This document shows positions 60,641 to 64,000 of a stretch of 64,000 nucleotides of DNA, one piece after another (the stretch's first letter is position 1; each line of letters opens with the position of its first letter). Position numbers and translations under genes: made by a program. The notes below the pieces were generated by a model. It saw only the letters and a program-made list of their open reading frames with translations. It was not told the origin of the DNA and ran no database searches. Source of the stretch: Podarcis cretensis (taxonomy: Eukaryota); assembly GCA_951804945.1 (NCBI GenBank), contig OX638150.1:66030001-66094000 (forward strand), written 5' to 3'.

Positions 60641-62579
60641 ACCTGTACGTGAGCAGAGAATTAAACCAGGTGCTTCAGAGTCAATCCAAAATCTATCAGT
60701 TTTGTATTTTTAGATTCCACTATTAATCTCCAGATTTTCTGTGGGGTCCGTACAGTAAATAGGATTCCTGTTCATTTGAATTTGCAGGCTGTGCTAGCTT
60801 GTCAGAAAATAAAGGTTTACTGTGGATGAATGCATCTGAACAGTGTTGTTTATAATTTCAGGGAGGGGGGAGGATAACTGGTAAAAACAAATTGCTAAAA
60901 TTTCAAATCTATTTTCAGTTCTTAATTGTAGTATGTATTCTTCTTTTTGCTTTGCTTTACATACTCCTAAACTGATTGACCTCAAGACTACCTAATCATT
61001 TTGAGAAATACTTGCTACATTCTAATTTTATTTTTTGTATACTGCCTAGGGAATGTGATTGAAGGGAGGTCTACTCTACCATAATAAATAAAACAACATC
61101 GTAACTCGGGACTTCCACACAGTTTCATCATTTCAAAGGCATCTCATCTCCAAACTGGATTTTCTTAGAAGTTGAAAAAAGAAAGCAATGTTTGTGAAAA
61201 TCAGCACACAGAAACCATCCTAATGCATAGTTATAGTCAGTTTGGACATCATGGTCAGCCATAGTTGAGAATGCTTAACTACAGTCTAGCATGGTTTCTG
61301 AAGATTATGTGTGGGCTACCAAAGTAGAATTAGAAGCCATGGGTTGAGGTGGGTTTGCAAATCATGATGTGGCTTGCAGAGAACCAGCTCTGGGGTAGCC
61401 AGGTTCAGATTCTCCTGTTTGGCCATGAACCATGCTTTCTGATCTTGAGCTGGTTGTGGTACCATCACAGAATTGTGAGTGTAAAGTAGAGACGAGGGTG
61501 GAGTGAACATAAAGCTTAATGCAGAGTAGATAGAAAATGCAAGCACAGAAGTAGCTCTGAAATTATTTTATATATTATTGGGCTACTTTGTGTAAATTGA
61601 TTGAGAGGAGTTTATGTAATAAAATCACAAAATATAACAATAAAAAACCTAAGCAAGGCACTAAAAATTGCAGCAACAGCAATTGGACATCTGAAAGCTG
61701 CAGACCATGAAACATTAAAAGTTGTGTGAAACTTAAAAAATGATAAAACTAATCTAAAAACAGAAAGAAAAGAGGCCATTTATCCTGGGTTTCTGACACT
61801 TCAATGGAACATTTAACAGTTGAATCTAATGCAGGTCTACTCAGATGTTTAAGATTGCAGCCTAAGGCTCACAGACCTCAAATCCCAAATCATGGAGTTA
61901 GCCAACCAGAATTAGCAAGTTCAAAGCATATTTTGATTCCAAACAACCAGGCATAATGAACCACCTCAGTCTTTAAGTTCAGCTAGGGACCCTGCTTTCT
62001 GTCCTATTATTGTGAGAAGACAGGTGGCAAGTATATGAGACAGGGCTTTCTAAGTGGTGCCACTAAAGCTCTGAAACACGTCCTTACATCAGATTTCTTT
62101 TTGGCAGGACTACAAAGCTGGAAGATGGATATATAAAAATACTGGCACTTAAGAGGTTAACTTTGCAGTGATGGTTGTGTTTTGTCAACTATCCATGTTG
62201 GATTATAATAGATTTATATTTCATGGTATATTTATATTATATATTTGTACCAAAAACTTGATTGGTTGCTACACTAACTAAGTTTTGTTGCTATTGATTT
62301 AGAATTTTCCTTTTTAGTTCTAGGACACATATTAGGTAGTACTTGAGCTACAGGCACAGAGGATCTCTTTCGCATGCCGAAAGAATGCAACTTTCTCAGG
62401 CTTTGCTGCTTTCTTCTGCTTTACTTTTTTGTTGTTAATCCAGTTAACCAGTGTTTAAAATTAGAAACATATATTATTGAACAGTGTAGGTTTCTACACT
62501 GCTTATATCATTCAGACATTTGAGTGAGTTGTGAGTTGTGTCTTGTGTCGTTAATTGCTTACACCTAAGCCATTTTAAA

Positions 62580-62943
62580 GGGACGCAGGTGGCGCTGTGG
62601 GTTAAAGCCTCAGCGCCTAGGACTTGCCGATCGAAAGGTCGGCGGTTCGAATCCCTGCAGCAGGGTGCGCTCCCGCTGCTCGGTCCCAGCGCCTGCCAAC
62701 CTAGCAGTTCGAAAGCACCTCCGGGTGCAAGTAGATAAATAGGGACCACTTACCAGCGGGAAGGTAAACGGCGTTTCTGTGTGCGGCTCTGGCTCGCCAG
62801 ATGCAGCTTTGTCACGCTGGCCACGTGACCCGGAAGTGTCTCCGGACAGCGCTGGCCCCTGGCCTCTTAAGTGAGATGGGCGCACAACCCCAGAGTCTGT
62901 CAAGACTGGCCCGTACGGGCAGGGGTACCTTTACCTTTACCTT
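62580..62943 (+). mobile_element. Sauria SINE, young subfamily (near-identical to 50786-51152)
   Basis: Full length with (ACCTTT)n tail; TSD TAAGCCATTTTA (62566-62577 / 62944-62955). Confidence 0.95.
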
Positions 62944-64000
62944 TAAGCCATTTTAGGATGCTTCAGAGCTATGTTTTGCTCGTTTAAATGCCCTAATAGC
63001 AACTGTTCAAAAAGAACATTGTAATAATGCATCCGGGGGTTTAATCTCTGTTTCTTTCCAGGCATGGCTGACCTTTGGACGGCCCTGTTAGGGGATTTTA
63101 AAAATCTGTCTGTGACTAATGTAAGTTACGCTTTTCTGCTTGAGTTCTTTATTTTTGTACAGTTTTATGGTACCCTTCCTGAATGGGAACTGCTTGTCTT
63201 TGCATATTAAGTTTTCAGTTTCCAGCAATAAGTAGGATTGTGTCTGGTATGGAATGCTATCTATCTGAAGAAAATGAACCTGCATCAAAACTGAATCCCT
63301 CTTCTACAGGATCTGTGCTTGGACAAGCAGCTAAGGCACTGCTACTACATTGCCAAAGGGAGAGTGGTCACTCGGGCTCTCTGAGGCTCCGAAGGGAACT
63401 GCAAGCATTTTAAATTAGATTCTGGAATTCGGCTGCCAACCCCTCTGCTCTTTTTGCTCTCCTTGGCACAGTGGCTGCTGCAGAACTTGTTGCTCTCATT
63501 TGCATGGGCCAAGAAGTAGAACAGATCGCCTTGCATTGCTGGATTGCAGCCTGTCACTCATATGCAGAGTGCACCATTCTCTGCAGAGTTGGGCACAGGC
63601 CAGTTACCTTGGCAGAAGGGGATGAAAGATATCTGACAAGAGGGAGGAGATTGGCTTTCCTTTGGCGTGGGACAGAGATAGGTGGCCTCTATGGGTTGTC
63701 ATGGAGGGTTGAGGGTGGGAATGTAGGCATTATTTATAGCACTAAATATAGTTGACTCTGCTTTCATAGAACAAGATTTGGGTCATGTGACCATTTTCCT
63801 CCTTCCTTGGCTGCTCCTCTGTGCTGAGATCATGTATCTGAATAGGTAATAATTAACTGTTAACGAGCTTTTCATTAGAGGCCTGACTGTATATGCACAG
63901 GGAGGCAGAGCTAAGGCTCTGTGGAAAAACCTGCTTTCTCTCTCAGGACAAGGTTGCAATGCTTTTAGGCTGATGCCCCCTCTTTGAATGCTCGCTAGCG

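Larger units (their letters stand above)
37830..64000 (+). other. LARP1 intron 1 (extends past the window end)
   Basis: Starts at the GT donor. No sequence encoding the expected next residues (EHSAPAKVVR...KQRKGSK-like) was recognised downstream; repeat-rich. Confidence 0.75.

Overview
This is eukaryotic DNA from a squamate reptile, most likely a lacertid-type lizard (inferred from the Sauria SINE, Squam-type SINE, CR1, L2 and hAT/Tigger MITE repertoire). The only host gene I can confidently identify is LARP1 on the + strand: a CpG island at about 36.6-39.45 kb contains its first coding exon (ATG 37325 to splice donor after 37829; MATQVE...EAPPPKVNPWTKN...NGQSPP). From 37830 to the end of the window is intron 1, and exon 2 was not found. 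The upstream 36 kb is mostly intergenic, transposon-rich sequence with a 157-N assembly gap. Many insertions can be resolved to their target-site duplications (TSDs), including four nested insertions. I see no CRISPR array, operon or other evidence of a new multi-gene system. The most interesting leads are: (1) a TCT/5'TOP-like initiator and an in-frame strong-context CUG upstream of LARP1, (2) atypical retrotransposition products (a 3'-truncated SINE with a TSD and a tail-only insertion), (3) a composite foldback element, and (4) candidate regulatory clusters upstream. Repeat family names come from recognition, not from a database search.
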